Shown piece after piece: positions 10,487-19,190 of a stretch of 64,000 bases of DNA. The translations under genes were made by a program, and so were the position numbers. The stretch lies in contig DATDQB010000020.1 in the NCBI GenBank assembly GCA_035292445.1, forward strand, positions 27,484-91,483, in the 5' to 3' direction. The stretch comes from Candidatus Omnitrophota bacterium (GTDB lineage Bacteria; Omnitrophota; Gorgyraeia; Zapsychrales; Zapsychraceae). Every line of letters starts with the position of its first letter. Position 1 is the first letter of the stretch. The notes beneath the pieces were generated by a model. It worked only from the letters and a program-made list of their open reading frames with translations, ran no database searches and was not told where the DNA came from.

Positions 10487-11448
10487 TTTTTCTTTCCCGC
10501 CTTAATAGGCTTCTCGAACATCCGCATGGTGGCCAATACCTCTTCCTCCATGTTATTCCTTAATTTAAAACCCGTTTTCTTTAATTTTGTAATTTGGTAA
10601 ACGAAGGGTTGCGCCTTCCGCTCCTTGTCCTTAACGGACAGATCGAGCTGAACCGATTTCCTATAATGGTCCTCGTAAATCTGCGCTACTTTTAAAGCGA
10701 CATCGCATACGGATAAACAACACTCACCGCCAAGATTGAAAATGCCATCTTGCCAGCGTTGAGGGTCCATCGAAAGGACATGCTCTAGCGCCCCCAGGAC
10801 ATCGGTCATCGCGATAAAATCGCGAAATGGATTTCCTTGAGGCACGATCCTTTGGGTTTCTACGGCGTCGCGACAAAACGCATTAAATACGAGTTGTTTG
10901 GCCGTTTCCGCGATCTCATCGTCCTGCGGGTAACCATAAGCATTGGAGAGCCTGAAGATCGCTGTTTTCATGCCCCCCTTACCATTAAGATCCGAAACTA
11001 TCTTTTCGGCTTCCCATTTTGACCGGGCATAATTGTTTTGCGGGTCCGCAGGGTACTGCTCATTGATGTCCCCCGATAATTGTCCGTAGATCTGGAACGT
11101 TGAGAAGTATATGAATTTCTTAATACCAAGCTGAGCCGCGTGATGCGCCGCATGCCTCGTTCCTTCCACATTGACCAACACAGCTAGATCGTTATTCTCC
11201 TGACATAATTTCTGCGGCAATGCGGCTAAATGAACGATGACTTCAGGGCTCTCTTGGTTCAAGGCCTGTTGGATCGACTTCTTATCTTGTAAATCCATAT
11301 AAACTACGCGGCAGTTTCCCTTTGCCCATACCGGGTACTGGCGCCTTGTGGTCGACAAAATAATATCGTCATGGGGCCGTTTTTCCTTAAGAAAACTTGC
11401 CAACCGCCCGCCGATGTAACCTAGTCCGCCGGTAATAAAGATCTTCAT
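10483..11448 (-). CDS. NAD(P)-dependent epimerase/reductase (SDR). By position, probably the 4-ketoreductase of the CDP-6-deoxyhexose branch
   Basis: 321 aa with the MKIFITGGLGYIGGRLASFL Rossmann motif and a YARSK catalytic pair. It lies immediately downstream of the cupin and rfbG genes. Confidence 0.65.
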   Translation of the reverse strand: MKIFITGGLGYIGGRLASFLKEKRPHDDIILSTTRRQYPVWAKGNCRVVYMDLQDKKSIQQALNQESPEVIVHLAALPQKLCQENNDLAVLVNVEGTRHAAHHAAQLGIKKFIYFSTFQIYGQLSGDINEQYPADPQNNYARSKWEAEKIVSDLNGKGGMKTAIFRLSNAYGYPQDDEIAETAKQLVFNAFCRDAVETQRIVPQGNPFRDFIAMTDVLGALEHVLSMDPQRWQDGIFNLGGECCLSVCDVALKVAQIYEDHYRKSVQLDLSVKDKERKAQPFVYQITKLKKTGFKLRNNMEEEVLATMRMFEKPIKAGKKK

Positions 11449-11454
11449 TTTAGA

Positions 11455-11892
11455 TTAATCCCAAGAATAAGGAATTGATGGGTCGGAGATCTCTAATTGT
11501 ACGGACTCCTTTGGGTTATGGGGCATATCCGTGCAATTGGCGATCATCGCCGGTCCGGTGCTTTTGGCTTTAAAAGAATACCAAACATTAGGGGGGATGC
11601 GCACCAGCTGATAATTACCCTCTCCGATCCTGATTTCCTGGACTTCGCCCTTTGTCGAGGAATCAGCACGGTCATCGTAAATGACCAGCTGAAGAACCCC
11701 GACAGGCACGGCGAAATGCTGCGTTTGTTTAAGGTGTTTTTTCCATCCCTTTATAAAGCCGGGGTTGACGGTCGAAAAATAAATTTCCCCAAACCGCTCA
11801 AAATAAGGGGCATCGCATCGAAGCATACGCTTGACACTGCCTCTTTCGTCGTTCATTTCTTTCAGTTTCTCAATGATGACGCCTTTGATCAT
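11455..11892 (-). CDS. RmlC/FdtA-like cupin (NDP-4-keto-6-deoxyhexose 3,5-epimerase or 3,4-ketoisomerase)
   Basis: 145 aa. The size and sequence (DERGSVKRML, GWKKHLKQTQHFAVPVG) fit the small cupin sugar epimerase/isomerase family. It is translationally coupled to rfbG. Confidence 0.55.
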   Translation of the reverse strand: MIKGVIIEKLKEMNDERGSVKRMLRCDAPYFERFGEIYFSTVNPGFIKGWKKHLKQTQHFAVPVGVLQLVIYDDRADSSTKGEVQEIRIGEGNYQLVRIPPNVWYSFKAKSTGPAMIANCTDMPHNPKESVQLEISDPSIPYSWD

Positions 11893-13046
11893 GGATGATT
11901 TTTAAGCTGCGACCATTTGATGTTTTGTTCTTGGGCTTTTTGAATATACTGTTGAATTTGTCCCATGGAAAATCGAACCATATCTTCCTTCTTTTGATAA
12001 TAAACCTTATACCACGCTGCTGTTAACTGCACTGTTTCTTTAAATGTTAACGCCGGACGCCAGCTCAGCCGTTGGTCGGCTTTATCGATCGATAATTGTA
12101 AAAGCGTTGCTTCCTTTCTCTCCCCTTCCAAAGCCGCATGCTCCCAACGGCCTTTTTGTTCCATAAATGTTGCGCTTAGCTCGACCAGCTCGGAAACGGA
12201 ATGGACATCCTGAACACGCGGCCCAAAATTGAACGATTCACCGGCTACACCGTCCGGATTTGTTAGAAGGGATGCTCCCAACCATAAATAACCGCTGATC
12301 GGCTCTAAGACATGCTGCCACGGGCGGGTGGCCTCTGGCTTTCGAATGAGGGCTTTCTGATTCTGGCTCCACGATCTCATGCAATCCGGGATGATCCTAT
12401 CTTTCGCCCAATCGCCCCCTCCGATTACGTTTCCCGCGCGGGCTGACGCGCATTTTATGCCCTCTCCTTTATTAAAAAATGACCGGCAATAAGCGCTGAA
12501 GGCAAGCTCAGCGCACGCCTTAGATGCGCTGTAGGGATCAGCCCCTCCTAGCCGGTCGGTTTCCTTATAACCTTGATTCCACCCGACATTTTCATAGCAT
12601 TTATCGCTGGTAATAATCACTACCGCTTTTACCGTCGGACTATTTTTAACACATTCAAGGACATTGACAGTGCCGCCTAAATTGGTATCAAAGGTGATTT
12701 TTGGTTCATCATAAGAATGACGGACGATAGGTTGGGCAGCCAAATGAAAAACTATCTCAGGCTTAAATTGAGCGAACGCTTTCTCAAGATCGCGGATAGC
12801 ACAAATATCCTTTCTGTGGTCCTTTAGTTTTTTCTTTAATGACAGGGCCTCGAAAAGACAAGGCTGCGTGGGAAGGTATTTGGAAAACCCGGCCACTTGG
12901 GCCCCTAAATGGACCAACCAAAGGCTAAGCCATGACCCTTTAAAGCCCGTATGGCCCGTGACCAGGACCCTTTTGTTCTTATATTGATTTTTGAATAGTT
13001 GGGGAGGGATTACCACTTCTTCCATGCGGGGCGGCCTTCTTCCCAA
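11889..13046 (-). CDS. rfbG: CDP-glucose 4,6-dehydratase
   Basis: The N-terminus KNKRVLVTGHTGFKGSWLSLWLVHLGAQVAGFS and later blocks (EIVFHLAAQPIVRHSY, ITSDKCYEN, ARAGNVIGGGDW, RPWQHVLEP) match RfbG/DdhB almost block for block. The true start is probably the Met at about 13025. Confidence 0.9.
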   Translation of the reverse strand: MGRRPPRMEEVVIPPQLFKNQYKNKRVLVTGHTGFKGSWLSLWLVHLGAQVAGFSKYLPTQPCLFEALSLKKKLKDHRKDICAIRDLEKAFAQFKPEIVFHLAAQPIVRHSYDEPKITFDTNLGGTVNVLECVKNSPTVKAVVIITSDKCYENVGWNQGYKETDRLGGADPYSASKACAELAFSAYCRSFFNKGEGIKCASARAGNVIGGGDWAKDRIIPDCMRSWSQNQKALIRKPEATRPWQHVLEPISGYLWLGASLLTNPDGVAGESFNFGPRVQDVHSVSELVELSATFMEQKGRWEHAALEGERKEATLLQLSIDKADQRLSWRPALTFKETVQLTAAWYKVYYQKKEDMVRFSMGQIQQYIQKAQEQNIKWSQLKNHP

Positions 13047-13783
13047 AGCGTTTTTAAATACTCATAATCCCTATGAGTGTCCATGCATTGCCAAAAACCT
13101 TTGTGCACAAAAACCTTCAATTGACCATCCCTGGCTAATTTGACGAGCGCATCCTTTTCCAAAACACACTGGTTATCATCGCTGAGATAGTCAAAAATCT
13201 TTTTGTTAAAAACGAAATATCCACCGCTGATCGAATTCTTATGGTCATGCGGTTTCTCGTTGAACGCAAGGACACGATCGTCCTCGATCAATAATTCGCC
13301 ATAACGCGATTGAGGAACGACCCCGGTGACCGTGCCGATCTTACCGTGCGCTCTATGAAATTTTAACAACTCCTTGATATCCATATCAATGACGCCATCG
13401 CCATAAGTCAGCATGAACTCGTCATCTTCTATAAATTTCTCGATCTTTTTGACACGCGCGCCTGTCATGACATGTTCACCGGTATCGACCAGCGTTACTT
13501 TCCACCCCTTTTCCAAATGGCGCGGATGGATCGTTATATTTGCTTTACCGAACTCCACGGTAAAATCGTTGGCGATCAATTCGTATTCATAAAAGAAGCG
13601 CCGGATCACTTCCCCCTTGTACCCTAAGCACAGCACAAAATCCTTAAACCCATAGTGCGCATATGTCTTCATGATATGCCAAAGAAGGGGCATGCCCCCG
13701 ATCTCGACCATCGGTTTAGGCTTGACCTCGGTTTCTTCCCGCAACCGGGTCCCTTGCCCCCCACATAAAATAACGACTTTCAT
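13010..13783 (-). CDS. rfbF: Glucose-1-phosphate cytidylyltransferase
   Basis: 257 aa. MKVVILCGGQGTRLREETEVKPKPMVEIGGMPLLWHIMKTYAHYGFKDFVLCLGYKG...GFWQCMDTHRD...PWKKW is a near-textbook RfbF sequence. Confidence 0.92.
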   Translation of the reverse strand: MKVVILCGGQGTRLREETEVKPKPMVEIGGMPLLWHIMKTYAHYGFKDFVLCLGYKGEVIRRFFYEYELIANDFTVEFGKANITIHPRHLEKGWKVTLVDTGEHVMTGARVKKIEKFIEDDEFMLTYGDGVIDMDIKELLKFHRAHGKIGTVTGVVPQSRYGELLIEDDRVLAFNEKPHDHKNSISGGYFVFNKKIFDYLSDDNQCVLEKDALVKLARDGQLKVFVHKGFWQCMDTHRDYEYLKTLWEEGRPAWKKW

Positions 13784-14814
13784 CTTTTTCCTTCTAGTAA
13801 GACTTGTTTTTCTTTGTTTGCGGCTACCTTATAGGGCCTCTTATGGCCCAAATTTCCCAATTTCCTAAAAAATGCCATGATCTTCCTGGGAAAATACCAA
13901 GTACCGATCAGATCAAAACAGAAAGACGCATTCTTATATTTCGAATCCCGCTCACCGCCCGCTTTTTTAGCTAACACCGTCAATACAGTTACATCCATGC
14001 CTCCGGGAATGGTGTCAAACTTGAATTCAAGGCATTCAAAACCGTTCTCGTTGAGCAATCTTAACAAAGAACGTTTAGAAAAATAGGCGAAATGCGTCAA
14101 ATCTATAGGCAAATTCTTGCCTCTCCATCGTCCGAATAGAATCCAGTCAAACACTGTTCCTATATCATAAGGAACTTCGAGATACACAAGACCTCCATCT
14201 TTTACAACCCCTCTTAAATGGCTGATCTCCTTTCGGATATCAACGCAATGCGCTAATACATCGCAAAATAGAACCATATCAACTCCATGATCAGATTTCA
14301 CCTGAGTGGACCAAATATTCAGCTTTTTCACTTTGGGGCTGCAAGATTCTCTGGGAATCGGGTCCAAAACGGTACACCGGTACTTTTCTTCCGCCAGGTC
14401 CTTTAGCATAAACCCGTCCCGGCCGCCGATATCATATATTTCCCTAATTTCCCGCTTATATTTTTTCTCGGCATTTTTAACCATACTATAAATGCGCGCT
14501 GAATAAGCGGAGAGGAATTCACTATTGTTATAAACGAAATCGCCGAAATCTTGGATACGCTCCTCCAGCCGAAAATAGGCATTGTTGTAGATTTCATTCA
14601 ATTCTTGCTCGGTAAAGAATTTGCTGTTGTAGAATAACCGGCACCCCATGCAGCATGAAAGCTCACCTGTAAGATATTCCTGTTTGGCAACCTTGACCAA
14701 AAATTCATCAATGGAAATATCCATGATTTCATTTGTGCCGCTTGATTTAATGGAAAAGGACAGTGAAAATGCCGGTTTATTAGCGCAAATAGGGCATGAG
14801 CTGTAATTTTTCAT
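13780..14814 (-). CDS. SAM-dependent methyltransferase with N-terminal zinc-ribbon (sugar C-/O-methyltransferase-like)
   Basis: 344 aa. It has an N-terminal CPIC...CCMGC zinc ribbon, a class-I methyltransferase motif I IYDIGGRDGFMLKDL and a post-I VKDGGLVYLEVP block. The architecture resembles NDP-hexose C-methyltransferases (TylC3 type). Confidence 0.5.
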   Translation of the reverse strand: MKNYSSCPICANKPAFSLSFSIKSSGTNEIMDISIDEFLVKVAKQEYLTGELSCCMGCRLFYNSKFFTEQELNEIYNNAYFRLEERIQDFGDFVYNNSEFLSAYSARIYSMVKNAEKKYKREIREIYDIGGRDGFMLKDLAEEKYRCTVLDPIPRESCSPKVKKLNIWSTQVKSDHGVDMVLFCDVLAHCVDIRKEISHLRGVVKDGGLVYLEVPYDIGTVFDWILFGRWRGKNLPIDLTHFAYFSKRSLLRLLNENGFECLEFKFDTIPGGMDVTVLTVLAKKAGGERDSKYKNASFCFDLIGTWYFPRKIMAFFRKLGNLGHKRPYKVAANKEKQVLLEGKR

Positions 14815-14832
14815 TGTACGTTTGAGCCTAGA

Positions 14833-15960
14833 TTATGCATTAATAACCTCGTTAACCGTCTTGATAACAAAATCGCATTCTTGCTGTGTTAATTTCGGAT
14901 ATAAAGGTATGGAGATCGTCGAATCCCCTATACGCTCACAGACCGGGAAATCTCCCCGTTTGAAGCGATATTTATTTTGGTAATAGCTCATCAAATGGAT
15001 CGAGCGATAATTCACCGCGACCCCCACGCCCCTTTGCTGCAATTGATGGAGATACTCGTCTCTTTTTTTGGGGTCCACCCAAATGGTAAACAAATGATAG
15101 GCATGTTTGGTCCCGGGAAGCACGATCGGGTATTTAATATATTGATTCTTTTCAAAGGCTTTGAAAAAGCTATCGGCGATCTGTTTGCGAAGCTTTAAGT
15201 ATCCTTCGATGCGGTCGATCTGATGCAGCAAAAGCGCCGCTTCAATATTGCTCATATTGCATTTAAACCCGAGGAAGGCCATATCATAATGCCGGTATAG
15301 TTTTGTATAACGGTCGGCGGCGTCTGTGTCTAATCCATGCGACCTGGCTTTCACAAACCATTCATAGATATTTTTGTCCTGCGTTGATATCGCGCCGCCC
15401 TCTCCGCTTGTAATATTTTTCGTCGCATAAAAACTGTAACAGGAGATATCCGCCAATTGGCCGGCACGAATGCCGTCGCGTTCCCCCTCGAGGCAATGGG
15501 CGCTGTCTTCGATGATCTTCAAATTATGTTTTTTAGCTATTTCTTTTATTCTTTTCATGTCGCACATCTGCCCAAATAAATGCACCGGCAAAATGGCCTT
15601 GGTCTTAGGCGTAATGGCCCGCTCGATCAACGCGGCGTTTATGTTCCCAGTTTCAGCTTCACAATCGACAAAAACGGGCTTGGCATAGCACATTTCAATG
15701 GCGTTGGCGGTTGCCACAAACGACATCGGCGTTGTAATGACCTCATCGCCTTCGCCGATACCAAAATGTTTTAAAGACAATTCCAACGCGCTGGTACAAG
15801 AGGTCAACCCAACGGCATAAGGGGCACGGACATACGCCGCCAATTTCTCTTCGAACTTTTTTGTCCACTCCCCTGTGGTCAAAAAGATCGACTTGAGGAC
15901 TTTGCTCAGCTCGTCAATGTCTTCTTGGGAAATGTTATGTTTGAAAAATTCGACTTTCAT
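14833..15960 (-). CDS. DegT/DnrJ/EryC1/StrS-family PLP-dependent sugar aminotransferase
   Basis: About 375 aa from the internal Met (MKVEFFK) just downstream of the rmlB stop. The catalytic Lys block YSFYATKNITSGEGGAI is present. Confidence 0.8.
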   Translation of the reverse strand: MKVEFFKHNISQEDIDELSKVLKSIFLTTGEWTKKFEEKLAAYVRAPYAVGLTSCTSALELSLKHFGIGEGDEVITTPMSFVATANAIEMCYAKPVFVDCEAETGNINAALIERAITPKTKAILPVHLFGQMCDMKRIKEIAKKHNLKIIEDSAHCLEGERDGIRAGQLADISCYSFYATKNITSGEGGAISTQDKNIYEWFVKARSHGLDTDAADRYTKLYRHYDMAFLGFKCNMSNIEAALLLHQIDRIEGYLKLRKQIADSFFKAFEKNQYIKYPIVLPGTKHAYHLFTIWVDPKKRDEYLHQLQQRGVGVAVNYRSIHLMSYYQNKYRFKRGDFPVCERIGDSTISIPLYPKLTQQECDFVIKTVNEVINA

Positions 15961-15967
15961 CGCTTGA

Positions 15968-16999
15968 TCAATGCATTTCGATTTTGCCATTAGCCGTATG
16001 GATGGGGACATGCTTCATCCACTCCAATTCCTGCCACCAGTCGGGATTGTCCCGATACCATTGAATGGTCTTTCTTAAGCCTTCCTCAACGCTCGTCCTC
16101 GCCTGCCAATCCAATAATTTCTTGGCTTTCTCCGTCGTGGCGCAGTGAAGCTGAACTTGGCCTGGGCGGTTGCCGATATAATCCAACAGGTCCTTGGATC
16201 GGTTAAGTTCTTTAAGGACCAATCTTGCTATATCCAAGACACTGACGGCCTTGCCCGTACCGATATTGATGATTTGATTCTTGATCTTCCCGAAATCTTT
16301 TATGTGAAGGGCCTTGTCAATGGCTTCACAGTGGTCTTCGACGAAGATCCAATCCCGTTTGGCCGTGCCGTCGCCATGGACCGTTAAGGGCTCGTTCTTA
16401 AGAGCGCTGGTGATGAACCGGGGCGTCATTTTTTCCAAATGCTGGCGGGGGCCGTAATTATTGAACGGGCGCAAAATTACGGCCGGGACGTCATAACAGC
16501 TCCAATAAGAATAGACCAAACGGTCGGCCCCGGCTTTGGCACCCGCATACGGCGACATCGGATTCAACGGGTGGTCTTCGCTTATAATATTCCCGATGGC
16601 TGTTCCATAAACTTCCGAAGTGGAAATGTGGATGAACCGCTCGATGTGTTTGAATTTGATCAAGGCGTTCATTAAGGTCTGTGTGCCGATAACGTCCGTA
16701 TGAAAAAATTTGGTGTTGTCAAAAATAGATCTGGCCACATGCGTTTCGGCGGCCAGATGAACGACCATATTGGCCCTTTCCATGAGATCATTAACAATAT
16801 AGGGGTTCGTCACATCGCCGTACCAGAACTCAAAACGCCCGGACTCTCTAATCTTTTGAGAGATATTCTTCTGATTACCGGCATAGGTCAAGGAATCCAG
16901 CACAACGAGATGGTACTCGGGGTATTTCTCGAATAAATATTGCAACAAGTTGCTGCCGATAAAGCCTGCAGCTCCCGTCAAAAGAATTATCTTCTTCAT
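15968..16999 (-). CDS. rmlB: dTDP-glucose 4,6-dehydratase
   Basis: 343 aa. MKKIILLTGAAGFIGSNLLQYL...VVLDSLTYAGNQKNI is the RmlB signature, followed by ISTSEVYG and YAGAK. Confidence 0.85.
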   Translation of the reverse strand: MKKIILLTGAAGFIGSNLLQYLFEKYPEYHLVVLDSLTYAGNQKNISQKIRESGRFEFWYGDVTNPYIVNDLMERANMVVHLAAETHVARSIFDNTKFFHTDVIGTQTLMNALIKFKHIERFIHISTSEVYGTAIGNIISEDHPLNPMSPYAGAKAGADRLVYSYWSCYDVPAVILRPFNNYGPRQHLEKMTPRFITSALKNEPLTVHGDGTAKRDWIFVEDHCEAIDKALHIKDFGKIKNQIINIGTGKAVSVLDIARLVLKELNRSKDLLDYIGNRPGQVQLHCATTEKAKKLLDWQARTSVEEGLRKTIQWYRDNPDWWQELEWMKHVPIHTANGKIEMH

Positions 17000-17841
17000 T
17001 TTCTCTTCTTTCTTAGGACATAAAGTTTTTGAATGCCGAAATCCCCGGAATTCTCGGTTTCCTTATATTGGGCAAAAAAGTTATTGATCGGATTCTCAAA
17101 TGAGTCTTTATCGCTCTTTCCCATAGTGAGGTACCTTAAAAAACGGGAGGCGACATAATAAATGCTCGAGAATTTCCTGACCGCCACTATATCAAAATAA
17201 GGCTTCAGGAATTCTTCGCATTTCGTCTCCTTCAAATATAAATTGAACTCATGGACTTTCAAAGGCTTCAAATGCGCCAATGCCCTCAAGGCATTCATCT
17301 TTTTGAGGCTTCCCTCAAAAGCTTCCGACATCAAATAGAGCCCTCCGGGCTTAAGAACGCGATGGATCTCCAGTATGGCCTTTTTTTGGTTCTTCCAATT
17401 CGGCAAGTTGATCAAGACACGAATGGTATAAGCTGCGTTGAAATGATCGTCTTGAAACGGGATATTTAAAATGTTGCCTTCAATAAATCGGATCCTGTCC
17501 TGAGGGTCCTTTTCTTTTTTCCGGCTCTTGGCAATGGCAATGGCTTTCTCACTATAATCGAAGGCTTCTATGCGGGCATCTTTGGCCTTCGCTACCTTAT
17601 AGGTGGAGAATCCATTTGAACAACCGGCATCTAAAATAAGTCCCCTGTCGGGTAAGTACGCCAAGATATTGTCAATTTCCAACTTCATCATATTTATATC
17701 GCCCCATGAGACCTCATTCGATGCTTTAAATTTCTCGGCATTAGACTCCCAGAAAGAATGGTTCATCCTCATCTTTCTTAATTCTTCATCATTAAGAGTT
17801 ACATTTAAACTTAACGGATTATGCGTGTTTTGACGGTTCAT
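16996..17841 (-). CDS. Class I SAM-dependent methyltransferase
   Basis: About 281 aa from the internal Met at 17841, which abuts the upstream GT4 stop. Motif I is ILDAGCSNGFST and the post-II motif is VLKPGGLYLMSE. Confidence 0.65.
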   Translation of the reverse strand: MNRQNTHNPLSLNVTLNDEELRKMRMNHSFWESNAEKFKASNEVSWGDINMMKLEIDNILAYLPDRGLILDAGCSNGFSTYKVAKAKDARIEAFDYSEKAIAIAKSRKKEKDPQDRIRFIEGNILNIPFQDDHFNAAYTIRVLINLPNWKNQKKAILEIHRVLKPGGLYLMSEAFEGSLKKMNALRALAHLKPLKVHEFNLYLKETKCEEFLKPYFDIVAVRKFSSIYYVASRFLRYLTMGKSDKDSFENPINNFFAQYKETENSGDFGIQKLYVLRKKRK

Positions 17842-19160
17842 TGGCTTAACTGGAACTGCTTTTGAGCTGTGAGGTCCTTTAAATATGAGAGATATTGCTT
17901 GGCCTGGTATTCTTGAGAACACATTTGCCTTAATTGATCGTTCGTCTTTTGTCCTGCGTTCTCGCTTGTTAAACATTCCCAAAGGGCTTGTGCATACGCT
18001 TGAGCATCCAATTCATTCACCAGCCTTCCGTCCTGGTCGCATTGAATAAGATCGCGCGCCACGCCGCGGTTAAAAGCCACGACCGGCGTGTGGCACATAA
18101 ATGATTCAATGACAACCCTCGGGCCAAAATCATCGATCGATGGGCAGGCAAAAATATCGGCAGCCTGAAAGGCCGACGCCATTTTTTGCTCGCCATTGAT
18201 ATGGCCCAAATGCTTCCAAGGAAAAGCCAGTTCAGGCGCTAAGAATCCCTCTGGATTACCTCCGAAAGTTGCAAGAACGACTCTGCCTTTAATGGCATTA
18301 GGCTCGTTTTCCATTCTCTTTTGTAACAGCCGCAGCGCCTCGATCAGGTAACTGGCCCCTTTTCTTTTGTTGGCTACATCTAAATTGAAACAACCGAAAA
18401 GAATGATCTTCGCTTCCTGGGGCAGGTCCCATTCCCTGCGGGATTGCCTTTTATCCCCTTTTCTGAAAATATCCGGATCGACGCCAAGCATAATGCGTTT
18501 AATGGGCTGACGTTTAAAGAGCGAGCTTCTTTCGATATGTTCCTGCACCCAGCTCGAGGCGGTGATCAAGTGGATCGGCAAACCATCCCAATTTTTCTTC
18601 TTTTCATCCCAGTTACGCCTTGATATATCGTTAACAAATGCATTCTTTAATTGGGGGCACTCACCGCAAGAATCTTCGAATTTCCGGCAATCATTATGAA
18701 AATGACACCCTCCCGTTAATGGCTCCATGTCCATCGTTGTCCATACAATAGGCGCGCAAGAATAATGCTGAATATCCCTGATGAGTTGCGGCGAAAGAAA
18801 AGATTGCACGGAATGTAAGCAAAGAATGTCGACTTTTTGTAAATATTTTTTTAACTTGTTCAAAGAAATAAAGGCAAGGCCGAAATTGAATATGGTCTCC
18901 GGGACCCATCTTATCTTCTTCAACTCCCAGCGTAATTTTGCCCAAAGAAATGGCAGGATACTTGGCCCTTTTTGAAAGAAATCTTTTAAAGGACGCAGCG
19001 GCCCTTCGCAGACCTGAATAACCGAATCGTCAACCCCCTTCTTTCTATAAACCAGCATCGTGGAATTCACCCCAAGCTTTCGCAAAGAAGTATGAAGCGA
19101 GTAAACCGCTTTTCCCGCGCCATCAAAATCGTTATTGGTCAAATGGATGATATTCATCAA
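17838..19160 (-). CDS. Glycosyltransferase family 4 (GT-B)
   Basis: 440 aa. A C-terminal GT1/GT4 region (FACPSIDDFGPRVVIESFMCHTPVVAF) is present. Confidence 0.7.
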   Translation of the reverse strand: MMNIIHLTNNDFDGAGKAVYSLHTSLRKLGVNSTMLVYRKKGVDDSVIQVCEGPLRPLKDFFQKGPSILPFLWAKLRWELKKIRWVPETIFNFGLAFISLNKLKKYLQKVDILCLHSVQSFLSPQLIRDIQHYSCAPIVWTTMDMEPLTGGCHFHNDCRKFEDSCGECPQLKNAFVNDISRRNWDEKKKNWDGLPIHLITASSWVQEHIERSSLFKRQPIKRIMLGVDPDIFRKGDKRQSRREWDLPQEAKIILFGCFNLDVANKRKGASYLIEALRLLQKRMENEPNAIKGRVVLATFGGNPEGFLAPELAFPWKHLGHINGEQKMASAFQAADIFACPSIDDFGPRVVIESFMCHTPVVAFNRGVARDLIQCDQDGRLVNELDAQAYAQALWECLTSENAGQKTNDQLRQMCSQEYQAKQYLSYLKDLTAQKQFQLSQ

Positions 19161-19190
19161 TAGTCATGTAAAGATTGACGACTCGGCTGG

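Noticed and set aside
16996-17982. Full-length 328-aa track ORF for the methyltransferase
   Set aside because: The N-terminal 47 codons overlap the GT4 gene by 145 nt. The internal Met at 17841 abuts the GT4 stop.
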